NCBI GenBank assembly: GCA_035308365.1
Contig: DATGGU010000012.1
Location: forward strand, 93,161-125,160
Origin: Streptosporangiaceae bacterium
GTDB lineage: Bacteria > Actinomycetota > Actinomycetes > Streptosporangiales > Streptosporangiaceae
DNA length: 32,000 nt
Reading direction: 5' to 3'
Of this stretch, positions 1 through 8,521 are shown piece by piece (position 1 is the stretch's first letter; every line of letters begins with the position of its first letter). A program made the translations under genes and the position numbers. The notes beneath the pieces are model-generated. The model saw nothing but the letters and a program-made list of their open reading frames with translations. It was not told the DNA's origin and made no database searches.

Positions 1-2
1 AC

Positions 3-734
3 GAGCGGCAGGCCGAGGATCTCGTCGGCGGCCGGATCGACGCGGCGTGGAACTCCCCGCTGGCCTGGATTCGGGCGCGGCGGCTGGCCGACGCCGCGGG
101 AATCAAGCTGGAAGCCCTGGTCATGCGGGACACCGACCGGGATCTGCGGTCCCTGGTGGTCACCAAGGTGGGCTCGGGCATCGAGAACCTGTCCCAGCTC
201 GACGGCCGCACGATCGCCGTCGGCGCCGTCGACTCGCCGCAGGCCAACCTGCTGCCGGTGTCGCTGCTGCGCAAGAACGGCCTGATCCCTGGGGAGAACC
301 TGACCGTCCGGCGGTTCGACGTGGGCGTCGGGCTGCACGGCGACCACATCGGGGGCGAGCGGGATGCCGCCCGCGCGCTCATGGCCGGTGCGGTGGACGC
401 GGCCTGCATGATCGACGCGAACCACCTGCTGTTCTCCCGCGAGGGTGTGCTGCCGGCCGGATCGACCACGGTCATCGGCGAGACCGACCCCTTCGATCAC
501 TGCAACATGACGATCGGGCCGTCCGCCGACCCGGCGGAGGTGAGCCGGTTCCGCGAGCTTCTCCTAGCCATGTCCTACGACGACGCCACGCTGCGCCCGC
601 TGCTTGACCTGGAGGGCCTGAAGCTGTGGTGTCCCGGCCGCACCAGCGGGTATCAGGCGCTGGAGACGGCCGTTGACGAGATTGGCTTCTACGGAAGTGG
701 TGGTGATGTCCGCGCCAGCGACTATCGACCTTGA
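3..734 (+). CDS. PhnD-like periplasmic substrate-binding protein (phosphonate/phosphite ABC type); 5' end lies outside the window
   Basis: The frame is open from nt 3 with no stop before the listed start at 123. It reads ...GRIDAAWNSPLAWIRARRLADAAGIKLEALV. Together with DGRTIAVGAVDSPQANLLPVSLLRKNG and MIDANH in the 123..734 ORF, this resembles the PhnD/transferrin-type SBP family. GC3 is high. Confidence 0.7.
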   Translation, partial: ERQAEDLVGGRIDAAWNSPLAWIRARRLADAAGIKLEALVMRDTDRDLRSLVVTKVGSGIENLSQLDGRTIAVGAVDSPQANLLPVSLLRKNGLIPGENLTVRRFDVGVGLHGDHIGGERDAARALMAGAVDAACMIDANHLLFSREGVLPAGSTTVIGETDPFDHCNMTIGPSADPAEVSRFRELLLAMSYDDATLRPLLDLEGLKLWCPGRTSGYQALETAVDEIGFYGSGGDVRASDYRP

Positions 735-1893
735 GGATCTAGGCCTGGAGTCCGGAGGCCACCTGCTCGTGCAGCGTGGCCTCCGGGACCTTCCGGTCGG
801 CGGGCGGCTGTCCGTCCGCGGCCAGGATCCCGCACTGCGCACCCACCTGGGTGCCTGGTGCCGCAGCCAGGGTCACGGCATCGACCTGACCGGCGTAACA
901 CCCGTCGTGGTCAAGGGCTCGGCGAGCAGCGCACGCTGGCACCGCGCCGAACGGGCCGGCCGTCCTGACGTCAATGGAGTGGTGCCACGGGCGGACGTCC
1001 GCTGGGGCCTCGCGCCACGTGGCGCCCTGGTGGAAGAAGGTGGCCCGCCGCTCAACGTGGACCTCATCGACCAGGATGTGGTCTGGGCGGACGCGGCCAG
1101 GCAGCTCTATGTGAACGGCGCCGCCCGGCAGTGGAACCCCGATACCGCCATCGCCTGGGACGCCGAGTTCGAGCTGCCCGAAGAGATCGAGACCGCGGTC
1201 GTTCAGGTGATGACCTACCTGATCGAGAACGAGTACGCGGCGCTGCAGATACCGGCCAAGTTCATCGGGCGCCTGCACCCGCACTATCGCGAGGTGATGC
1301 AGGTTCTCTCGGTGCAGGTCGCCGACGAGGCCCGCCACGTCGAGGTGTTCACCAGACGGGCGCTGCTGCGTTCCAGCGAACTCGGCGTGTCCGGCGCCGG
1401 TGGCCGGGCTTCGCTGCAGACCCTGCTCGACGAGCCGGATTTCTCGCTCGCCGCCTTCCTGCTTTCGGTGCTCGGAGAGGGCAGCTTCCTGGATCTGCTG
1501 TCCTTCATCGCGCGGCACGCACCCGACCCGGTGACCCGTGAGGTGGCCAGCCTCGCCCAGCGGGACGAGCGCCGGCACGTGGCGTTCGGGATGGCGCACC
1601 TGAAATACGCGGTCGAGGCCGACCGGTCGATGCTCGGCCGGATGCGGATGGCGGCCGAGCGCCGGCATGACGCACTGGCCAGTACCGCGGGACTCAACCA
1701 GGACGTCTTCGATTCGCTGATCGTCCTGGCCGCGCATTCCTGGTCGCCCGCCGCGATCACCGACGGCTGGAGCGCCGTTCAGCAGTTGCAGTACGACATG
1801 GACCAGGGCCGGCAGCGCCGCCTGGCTCAGCTCGGCTTTCCCGCTGACGAGGCGACCGAACTGTCCGCGCTGCACACCCGCAACTTCATGTAG
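706..1893 (+). CDS. Ferritin-like di-iron carboxylate protein with an N-terminal TusA/SirA-like domain that lacks the Cys
   Basis: It has the four-helix di-iron ligand pattern E / EXXH / E / EXXH (IENEYAAL, ADEARHVE, LGEGSF, RDERRHVAFG). The N-terminus (GGRLSVRGQDPALRTHLGAWCRSQGH) looks TusA-like but has no CP motif. ATG at 706 follows GGAAG and is preferred over the TTG at 673. It overlaps the upstream stop by 29 nt. Confidence 0.7.
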   Translation: MSAPATIDLEDLGLESGGHLLVQRGLRDLPVGGRLSVRGQDPALRTHLGAWCRSQGHGIDLTGVTPVVVKGSASSARWHRAERAGRPDVNGVVPRADVRWGLAPRGALVEEGGPPLNVDLIDQDVVWADAARQLYVNGAARQWNPDTAIAWDAEFELPEEIETAVVQVMTYLIENEYAALQIPAKFIGRLHPHYREVMQVLSVQVADEARHVEVFTRRALLRSSELGVSGAGGRASLQTLLDEPDFSLAAFLLSVLGEGSFLDLLSFIARHAPDPVTREVASLAQRDERRHVAFGMAHLKYAVEADRSMLGRMRMAAERRHDALASTAGLNQDVFDSLIVLAAHSWSPAAITDGWSAVQQLQYDMDQGRQRRLAQLGFPADEATELSALHTRNFM

Positions 1894-1903
1894 GCAGATG
1901 GAT

Positions 1904-1933
1904 GGGGGCCGGCCGCCATAGCGGCCGGCCCCC
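1904..1933. terminator. Bidirectional GC-rich hairpin between convergent genes
   Basis: Perfect 13-bp stem GGGGGCCGGCCGC / GCGGCCGGCCCCC with a CATA loop. It lies between the stop at 1893 (+) and the stop at 1948 (-). Confidence 0.6.
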
Positions 1934-1947
1934 GAGCGTGCCGGGCG

Positions 1948-3651
1948 TCAATCGCTGTGCTGGCCGAGTTCCGCGTGGTTCAGCCACCGGCCGAGGGCCC
2001 GCAGCGAGTAGGTGTGCGCGATGAGGTCGTCGCTGTAGTTCATCTGGTCGTAGTAGAGCCCGACCGCGGCCGGCCGCCATGTTCCCGCGCTGTCCTGCTG
2101 GGTGACCAGCCAGTCCACCGCCCGGACAACCTGGTCGTCCCACGGCGGCAGGCCGGCCCGCAGCAGCGCGTACAGAGCCCAGCCCGTTTCCTCGGCGGTG
2201 CCGCCATCCGGCCCCTCGGTGGCTGTCATCGGCCAGGAGCCATCCGGCCGCTGGGTGGCCCGCAGCCACTGCCGGGCACGGGTGGCCACCGGATCGGTCA
2301 GCCGGCCGAACTCCGCGTACGTCTCCAGCACCTTGGCGGTGCCATGGGTGCGGTCCCTGAACCACAGCGACGGGATGCCACCGTCGGCACCCTGCTCGGT
2401 CTCGAAGTACCTGAACGCCCGCTCGACCGGCGACCGCGGGCCGCCGCCGCCGGCGCCGAACCGGCGCAGCGCACTGATCACGTGAGCGGTGACACCGGCG
2501 CACGGCCCGTCGTGGATCATGGATGAATTCCGCACCCACTCCGACCATGAGCCGTCCTTGTTCTGCCGGGACAGCAGCCAGCGCAGGCCAGCCTTGATCG
2601 CCGGGTGCTCCGCGGGGACGCCGAGCATGCCCAGGGTGGACATGACGACCGCGGTGTCCTCCGATTCGGGCCAGCCGGTCGGGTTGGCCCAGGACCAGCC
2701 GCCGGCGGGCAGCCTGAGCGCGTCGAAGGGCTCCGTCCATTGCGCCGAGAGCAGCCAGTCCCTGGTGGCCACCAGCCGCTCGTCAGCACTGACATCCGCA
2801 CGTTCGGCCAGGGCGGCCACGGCGTAGCCGGTCACCGCCAGTTCCAGGTCCCGGTCGATCGCCCACGATCCGTCCGGCCGCTGCGTCGCCAGCAGGTAGT
2901 CCAGGCAGCCGCGCTGGATGTCCGCGCCGATATCCGGGCCGGCCAGGCTGAGGCCCAGGTAGACCAGTGCGGCCATCAGCGGGCACTCTTCCATCCCGCC
3001 GTTGCTCCCCTGAACGGCGCGCAGCCAGGCCAGGCCCTTGGGCTCGGCCAGCCGGCGGGCGATCCTGGCCGGCCTGCTGAGCTTCATGACCCGCGACTGC
3101 CAGGCGCCCAGCCCGATGACCCCGGGCAGCGCGATCGACGCCCGGTTGCGGAACCTGGCCGGAAGCAGCATCACCTCGATGGGCTGGACCGGCTGATCAT
3201 CGGCGTCACGCAGCCCGGCCATCGCCCAGACGATCGCCACAAGCTCCCGCCATGTCCTGATGTTCGGCAGGATCGCGGCCTCGCCGCCGCTGGCTTCGAT
3301 GAACTTCGTGCCTTCGCCGATGCACCGCCTCGAACCGGCCGGATCAAGGGACTTCAGCGCGGCCAGCGCGAACGCCGTGACGCTCGGATCGCCGGGCGGA
3401 TCGCTGTCCGCCATGCCCCAGCCGCCATCGGACTGCTGGCTGGCCCGCAGCCAGCCGAGCCCGGCCTCGATCTTGTCCTGGTACGCGGCGCGATCCGCCT
3501 GGGCCAGGGCCAGCAGCCCGATCGCCGTCGGCATCGCGGAGGATGAGAGCCGGTCGGTCCAGCCACCATCCCCCCGCTGCTGGGCGTAGAGCAGGCCGGT
3601 GGCGGCGGCAACCGCTTCGGTTGCCCTCTTGTGCAGGTTGCGGCGTTCCAT
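1948..3651 (-). CDS. Squalene-hopene-cyclase-like class II terpene cyclase (prenyltransferase/squalene oxidase repeat protein)
   Basis: Repeated QW-type segments (QQRGDGGW, QQSDGGW, QRPDGSW, RQNKDGSW, TQRPDGSW, QQDSAGTW). The aligned acid motif is GWPESEDTAVV, where SHC and class II diterpene cyclases have DXDDTA. ATG at 3651 follows GGAGGAG. Confidence 0.85.
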   Translation of the reverse strand: MERRNLHKRATEAVAAATGLLYAQQRGDGGWTDRLSSSAMPTAIGLLALAQADRAAYQDKIEAGLGWLRASQQSDGGWGMADSDPPGDPSVTAFALAALKSLDPAGSRRCIGEGTKFIEASGGEAAILPNIRTWRELVAIVWAMAGLRDADDQPVQPIEVMLLPARFRNRASIALPGVIGLGAWQSRVMKLSRPARIARRLAEPKGLAWLRAVQGSNGGMEECPLMAALVYLGLSLAGPDIGADIQRGCLDYLLATQRPDGSWAIDRDLELAVTGYAVAALAERADVSADERLVATRDWLLSAQWTEPFDALRLPAGGWSWANPTGWPESEDTAVVMSTLGMLGVPAEHPAIKAGLRWLLSRQNKDGSWSEWVRNSSMIHDGPCAGVTAHVISALRRFGAGGGGPRSPVERAFRYFETEQGADGGIPSLWFRDRTHGTAKVLETYAEFGRLTDPVATRARQWLRATQRPDGSWPMTATEGPDGGTAEETGWALYALLRAGLPPWDDQVVRAVDWLVTQQDSAGTWRPAAVGLYYDQMNYSDDLIAHTYSLRALGRWLNHAELGQHSD

Positions 3652-3678
3652 AGCCGGCTCCTCCGGAGTGCGTCGTCG

Positions 3679-4731
3679 TCAGTTCTGGACGACCTGGTTT
3701 CTGCGCTTCACCCGGCTCGGTTCGTAGCTCTGCCGCATCATCACGATGGACGCCACCAGCCAGGCCCCCGCGGACGGTATGAGCAGCACCACGGCGATCC
3801 ACACGTTGCTCACGGCGGCGACGAATCCGGAGGTCAGGACCAGCCGCTCCACCACGATGATCTCGTGTGAGCGCAACGAGGTCAGCCGGGGTATCGGCCG
3901 CGGTGCGTGAATCAGCATGAGACCCGAGACCAGGCTCATCGCCACGGAGGCGGCCAGGAAGGGGACGTATCCGGCGAGGTGGAAGCGCGCGCCGAGGGTG
4001 AGCGGATAGCCGGCCGCCAGGCCCAGCCAGCCGAGGTCGAACGTGAGCAGCAACCACAGGGCCGGGGTGTCGCCGTGACGCACCGGGAACGTGCGGTAGC
4101 CACCGCTCCGGTCGCCGTCCCGGTCGCAGATGGCACCTATGACATTCGACCCGGAGTCGTGCAGCCAGAAGATCAGGGCGATCGGCAGCAGCCTGGGCTG
4201 CAGTGCGTGGCTGGTGGCCAGCGTGCCGTGGATAAAGGCCATGGCCGTCACCCCGCCGCGGACCAGATTGCCCCAAATGCCGTGCGCCTTAAAGTACTTG
4301 CTGTACGAGACGCCAAGCGTGAGGGCGGCAAGGACGACAAAGAAGTTCAATGGGTTCAGCAGAACCGCAATGACCATTCCGAGCAGCACGCAGACGACCA
4401 TGCCTGCGAATGCCTCCCAGGGCTTTACCCGGCCAGACGGCACCGGCCGCTGGGGCTTGGTTTTGGTATCCAGATCGCGGTCGAAATAGTCGCCACCATA
4501 CATGGCGGCGACCCAGCCGAGACTGGGTGCCAGCCAGGTTCCGATCAATCGCAGGGCAGGCCTGTCGCCCGACGCGAGCAGCGCGCCGGACACGCTGACC
4601 AAGCCGGTGTAAGAGAACAGGTCGAGCCGCCATATCTCGACATGCGCCACCAATCGGTCCCGCAGCTTGAGCCGTGGTTGCCCGGCGGCGAAGCCCGCGT
4701 CAGCACGGCCATAGGGAGACCTCACAGTCAC
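3679..4731 (-). CDS. UbiA-family membrane prenyltransferase or UbiA-type terpene synthase
   Basis: Two Asp-rich motifs (GGDYFDRDLD and ICDRDGDRSGGYRTFPV) in a polytopic hydrophobic protein. GTG at 4731 sits 8 nt after GAGAGGA. The stop is 27 nt upstream of the cyclase start, consistent with the same operon. Only the 3' third of the 1051-aa track ORF is real. Confidence 0.85.
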   Translation of the reverse strand: MTVRSPYGRADAGFAAGQPRLKLRDRLVAHVEIWRLDLFSYTGLVSVSGALLASGDRPALRLIGTWLAPSLGWVAAMYGGDYFDRDLDTKTKPQRPVPSGRVKPWEAFAGMVVCVLLGMVIAVLLNPLNFFVVLAALTLGVSYSKYFKAHGIWGNLVRGGVTAMAFIHGTLATSHALQPRLLPIALIFWLHDSGSNVIGAICDRDGDRSGGYRTFPVRHGDTPALWLLLTFDLGWLGLAAGYPLTLGARFHLAGYVPFLAASVAMSLVSGLMLIHAPRPIPRLTSLRSHEIIVVERLVLTSGFVAAVSNVWIAVVLLIPSAGAWLVASIVMMRQSYEPSRVKRRNQVVQN

Positions 4732-4941
4732 GACAGCGTTCCTCTCGGTTTGTCGGCATGCGTGTTCGCGGCCTGCGCGGACGAGGAGGAGGCAGAGCGC
4801 TCGGGTAGGGTCAGGTTTGCACGGAGTCTGGGAAAAGTGAAGTTGCACCCTGTTTATGTGCGGCAATGGCGACAACCGGTCTTTAGCCGCGGCCAAACGG
4901 GGAACTTCGCTTTTTATGGGATCGAGCGAAGGGGTGACGGC

Positions 4942-6237
4942 ATGCGAGCAATAACCCAGAGCGCGGAGCAGTTGGCCGGCTGGGTCATCGACGGCTGCCA
5001 GCGGACGCTGGATCTGGTGGCGGACCTGGACGACGAGCAGATGGTGGGCCCACTGCTGCCCACGGTAAATCCCCTGCTGTGGGAGATCGCCCACCTGGCC
5101 TGGTTCCAGGAGAAGTTCGTCCTCCGCCAGGCCTGCGGCCAGCCGCCGATCCTGAGCTTCGGGGACGCCCTGTACGACTCGGGGGCGATCCCGCACGACA
5201 CCAGGTGGCGGCTGGCGCTGCCGTCCCGCGAACAGACCGCCAGTTACATGCGCGAAGTGGCCGACCGGGTGGCGCAGGAGGTGCTGCGCCCGGACGCGAC
5301 CGACGTGGTGCGGCACTTCGCCCGGTACACCGTGCACCACTACGACATGCATACCGAGGCGCTGACATACACCAGGCAGACCCTGGGATTCCCGCCTCCC
5401 GTGCTGCCCGGGTCCACCGGCACACCGCAGGCGGCAGCCCTTCCCCGGGCGGGCGGACTGCCCGGGGACGTCGAGTTGCCGGGGGGGCGGTTCCTGCTCG
5501 GAGCCCTGCTGAGCGACCCGTTCGTCTACGACAACGAGAAATGGGCCCACCAGGTCGAGATCGCCCCGTTCGCCATCGCCCGGGCGCCGGTCACACAGGC
5601 CGAGTTCGCCGCGTTCGCCGACGACGGCGGCTATGCCGACACCAGGTGGTGGTCCGATGGTGGCGCCTGGCTGGGGGCCACCGGGGCGAAGCACCCGGTG
5701 TACTGGCGGCGCGACGGCGGCGGCTGGCAGCGCCGGCATTTCGACACCTGGGTGGACCTCGAGCCGCACCAGCCGGTGAGCCACGTGTGCTGGTGGGAGG
5801 CGGACGCGTACTGCCGCTGGGCGGGCCGCCGGCTGCCGACGGAGGCCGAGTGGGAGTACGCCGCAACCGGCGATCTCAAGCCGAGGCCCGTCTACCCCTG
5901 GGGTGATGCCGAGCCGGGCGCCGGGCACGCCGTGACCGACTGGCGCTGGTTCGGCCAGGCCGACGTCGCCGCCTGCGCCGAGGGGGACAGCCCGGCAGGC
6001 TGCCGGCAGATGATCGGCAACGTGTGGGAGTGGACGGCCAGCGACTTCACCGCCTACCCCAACTTCGAGCGGGACGCCTACTTCGAGAACTCCGAGCAGT
6101 TCTTCGGCCAGCGTAAGGTGCTGCGCGGGGGAGCCTGGGCGACCAGGGGCCGCCTGCTGCGGTCCACGTTGCGCAACTACTTCACCCACGAGCGCAGGGA
6201 TGTCGTGGCCGGCTTGCGCACCTGTGCGCCCCGCTGA
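4942..6237 (+). CDS. senA: EgtB/OvoA-family non-heme-iron C-S/C-Se bond-forming enzyme (DinB_2 + FGE-sulfatase domains), SenA-like
   Basis: DinB-type N-terminus (NPLLWEIAHLAWFQE). HX3HXE iron motif (HYDMHTE). FGE-sulfatase C-terminus (RLPTEAEWEYAA, GNVWEWT, RGGAW). ATG at 4942 follows AAGGGG. It sits directly upstream of the SenB-like GT. The symbol rests on context and could equally be an EgtB/OvsA-type relative. Confidence 0.8.
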   Translation: MRAITQSAEQLAGWVIDGCQRTLDLVADLDDEQMVGPLLPTVNPLLWEIAHLAWFQEKFVLRQACGQPPILSFGDALYDSGAIPHDTRWRLALPSREQTASYMREVADRVAQEVLRPDATDVVRHFARYTVHHYDMHTEALTYTRQTLGFPPPVLPGSTGTPQAAALPRAGGLPGDVELPGGRFLLGALLSDPFVYDNEKWAHQVEIAPFAIARAPVTQAEFAAFADDGGYADTRWWSDGGAWLGATGAKHPVYWRRDGGGWQRRHFDTWVDLEPHQPVSHVCWWEADAYCRWAGRRLPTEAEWEYAATGDLKPRPVYPWGDAEPGAGHAVTDWRWFGQADVAACAEGDSPAGCRQMIGNVWEWTASDFTAYPNFERDAYFENSEQFFGQRKVLRGGAWATRGRLLRSTLRNYFTHERRDVVAGLRTCAPR

Positions 6238-6246
6238 CGGCCGGAC

Positions 6247-7257
6247 ATGATTCTGCTCGTCAGCCCGGCCGCCGCCGACAGCACGACCGGCAACGGAGTC
6301 ACCGCGCGCCGCTGGGCGGGTTTTCTGCGCGAGCTGGGCCACCAGGTGGAGCTGAGCCGCGAATACCGCGGCGGCGGCTACGACGCACTGCTCGCGCTGC
6401 ACGCCCGCAAGAGCGCGGACGCCATCCGCGCCTTCCGGGCCAGCCATCCGGGTACCCCGGTGGTGCTCGCCCTGACCGGGACGGATCTCTATCCCGACCT
6501 CGCCACCGCCGGTGTGGATCCGGAGGTGCTGGCCATGGCCGACCGGCTGGTGCTGCTGCAGCCACGTGGCCTGGATCAGCTCGATCCGGCCACGCGGGAA
6601 AGGGCCCGGGTGATCGTGCAGTCGGTGCCCCCGATCGAGCGGAAACCGCCGCGGGCCGGCTGCTTCGAGGTGGCCTTCCTGGCTCATCTCCGGCCGGTTA
6701 AGGACCCGCTGCGGCCGGCCGAAGCGGTGCGCGAGCTGCCAGCCGGGTCCCGGATCCGGGTCACTCACCTCGGTGCAGCCCAGGACGCCGAACTCGGCGC
6801 CGCGGCGGCGGCCGAGTCGGCCGCGAACCCGCACTATGACTGGCTCGGCCCAAGGCCACGGAAGGAGGCACTGGACCTGCTGGCCCGCAGCCGCCTGCTC
6901 GTGCTGACCTCACGGCACGAAGGCGGCGCCAACGTCATCTCCGAGGCGCTGGCCGCCAGGCTGCCCATTGTCTGCTCGGCGATCCCGGGCTCGGTCGGGC
7001 TCCTTGGCGAGGACTATCCCGGCTACTTCCCGGTCGGCGACGGCGGCGCCCTCGCCCGTGCGCTGTATGACGCGGAGCAGGACACCGGCGGCTACTACGG
7101 CGCGTTGCGCGAGCACTGCGCCTCGCTGGCCGGCCTGGTCGACCCCGAACGTGAACGCCGTGCCTGGGCCGGCCTGCTGGCCGAGCTGGCCCTGCCGGCC
7201 AGCGGGTTCGCAGACTTATTCAAAACCAGCCCGGCAGCCTTGACGCCAGGTTCGTGA
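6247..7257 (+). CDS. senB: GT-B glycosyltransferase, SenB-like (selenosugar synthase family)
   Basis: 336 aa. N-terminus MILLVSPAAADSTTGNGVTARRWAGFLRELGH and C-terminal GT4-like core (EGGANVISEALAARLPIV). It starts 10 nt after the senA-like stop. As I recall, the pairing with an EgtB homolog matches the published sen cluster. Confidence 0.7.
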   Translation: MILLVSPAAADSTTGNGVTARRWAGFLRELGHQVELSREYRGGGYDALLALHARKSADAIRAFRASHPGTPVVLALTGTDLYPDLATAGVDPEVLAMADRLVLLQPRGLDQLDPATRERARVIVQSVPPIERKPPRAGCFEVAFLAHLRPVKDPLRPAEAVRELPAGSRIRVTHLGAAQDAELGAAAAAESAANPHYDWLGPRPRKEALDLLARSRLLVLTSRHEGGANVISEALAARLPIVCSAIPGSVGLLGEDYPGYFPVGDGGALARALYDAEQDTGGYYGALREHCASLAGLVDPERERRAWAGLLAELALPASGFADLFKTSPAALTPGS

Positions 7258-7300
7258 GCCGCGGTAGCTGGCTGCTCACCAGCGGTTCTGAATAAGCCTC

Positions 7301-8332
7301 TCAGTAGCTGCGGCCGACGGCCAGGTCGGTGAGGATGCTGAGCCGGTCGCGGCTCGGGCTGGGTGGCAGTTGGTCGAGGGCTGCCCGTGACTGCTTCGCG
7401 TACTGCCGGGCCATCTCGGTGGCCGCGCAGATCGCGCCGGTGCGGTCCAGGATCTCGCGCACGACCGCCAGGACCGGCCCGGCATCGCCGGGACCGAACA
7501 GGGCGTCGCTGATGAGCTGCCGGTCCGCCGGGGTTGCGGTGGAGCAGGCCAGGATGATCGGCAAGGTCGGGCGCCCGTTCTTCACGTCGCTGGCCTGCGG
7601 CTTGCCCATGACCTCAGTGTCGCTGACATAGGGGAGCAGGTCGTCATACATCTGGAAGGCAAGGCCGAGGGACTCACCGAAGTCGCACAGCGCGTCCACC
7701 AGGTTGGGTGGCCCGCCGCCAAGCAGGGCGCCGCTCTTGCACGCGCCGCGGAACAGCGCCGCGGTCTTCAGGCTGATCATCAGCAGATAGGCATCCAGGT
7801 CCAGGCTGCGGTCGCGGTGCAACTCCGCTTCCATGCTCTGCCCCCGGCACAGATCCAGGCCGGCCTGGGCCACCGCCTCCAGCGCCGCGACCACCCGGGC
7901 GGCGGGCACCCCGCTGTGGTGGCACTCGGCCAGGCCGGCGAACAGGTCGAAGATCAGCGCATCGCCGGCGATGATCGCGTCGGCGATCCCGTATGCGCAC
8001 TGCACGGAGGGCCGGCCGCGGCGCAGGTCGTCACCGTCGATGATGTCGTCGTGGATCAGGCTCGCGACGTGGCCACATTCGGCGCCGACGGCGGCCGGGA
8101 GAACCGCGGTGGCGCTGCCACCCACCGCGAGAGCGGCTTCGAGCAGCAGCGACGGCCGGAAGAGCTTGCCGGTCGGGACCAGCGCGTAGTGGCAGATCGA
8201 GGCCAGCAGCCCGGGCCGGCCGGTCCAGCGGGTTTCGAGCGCGCCCCCGACCAGCGAGGTCGTGGTTTCACCGGCGGCGATGCAGTCGTCGTGCTGCTGC
8301 CGAATCCCGGTCTCCAGCGTGCCATCCGTCAT
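7301..8332 (-). CDS. Polyprenyl diphosphate synthase (GGPP/FPP synthase family)
   Basis: First Asp-rich motif is LIHDDIIDGDDLRRGRPS. The second motif region is FQMYDDLLPYV, followed by GKPQASDVKNGRPTLP. ATG at 8332 follows GGGAGTG. Confidence 0.9.
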   Translation of the reverse strand: MTDGTLETGIRQQHDDCIAAGETTTSLVGGALETRWTGRPGLLASICHYALVPTGKLFRPSLLLEAALAVGGSATAVLPAAVGAECGHVASLIHDDIIDGDDLRRGRPSVQCAYGIADAIIAGDALIFDLFAGLAECHHSGVPAARVVAALEAVAQAGLDLCRGQSMEAELHRDRSLDLDAYLLMISLKTAALFRGACKSGALLGGGPPNLVDALCDFGESLGLAFQMYDDLLPYVSDTEVMGKPQASDVKNGRPTLPIILACSTATPADRQLISDALFGPGDAGPVLAVVREILDRTGAICAATEMARQYAKQSRAALDQLPPSPSRDRLSILTDLAVGRSY

Positions 8333-8411
8333 CGCTGCTCACTCCCGCCCATGGTGCTGCCTGGGCGCACGCATCCATTGCTGGCTGCAGGATTCATCGT
8401 CAAACTCCAAA

Positions 8412-8443
8412 GGTCTTTATGATCACCGGTCTTTATGATCACC
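8412..8443. repeat. Perfect 16-bp tandem direct repeat (GGTCTTTATGATCACC x2) upstream of the polyprenyl synthase gene
   Basis: Read directly from the sequence. It lies 80-110 nt upstream of the start at 8332, in a locally AT-richer stretch. On the coding strand it sits just upstream of a TTGACG hexamer. Each unit contains the TGATCA palindrome. Confidence 0.6.
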
Positions 8444-8521
8444 GCAGAAATGACCCGATGGGCGCTTGACGCTAGCAGTTGAAACGCCGCGGAGAAAGAG
8501 CTTGACTGACAGTCGACAATC

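Noticed and set aside
739-1875. 378-aa minus-strand ORF
   Set aside because: It is an antisense shadow of the di-iron protein gene, with no recognisable motifs and an Arg/Gly/Pro-rich composition.
3907-4941. N-terminal 345-aa extension of the senA ORF (track ORF 3907..6237)
   Set aside because: It is antisense to the UbiA gene, low-complexity and unrelated to the DinB domain. The homologous protein begins at ATG 4942, which has an RBS.
3679-6834. 1051-aa ORF on the minus strand, the longest in the track
   Set aside because: Only the C-terminal ~350 aa (3679..4731) have UbiA motifs and a plausible RBS/GTG. The rest is Arg/Gly/Pro-rich and antisense to the well-supported senA/senB genes, which is a typical high-GC shadow ORF.
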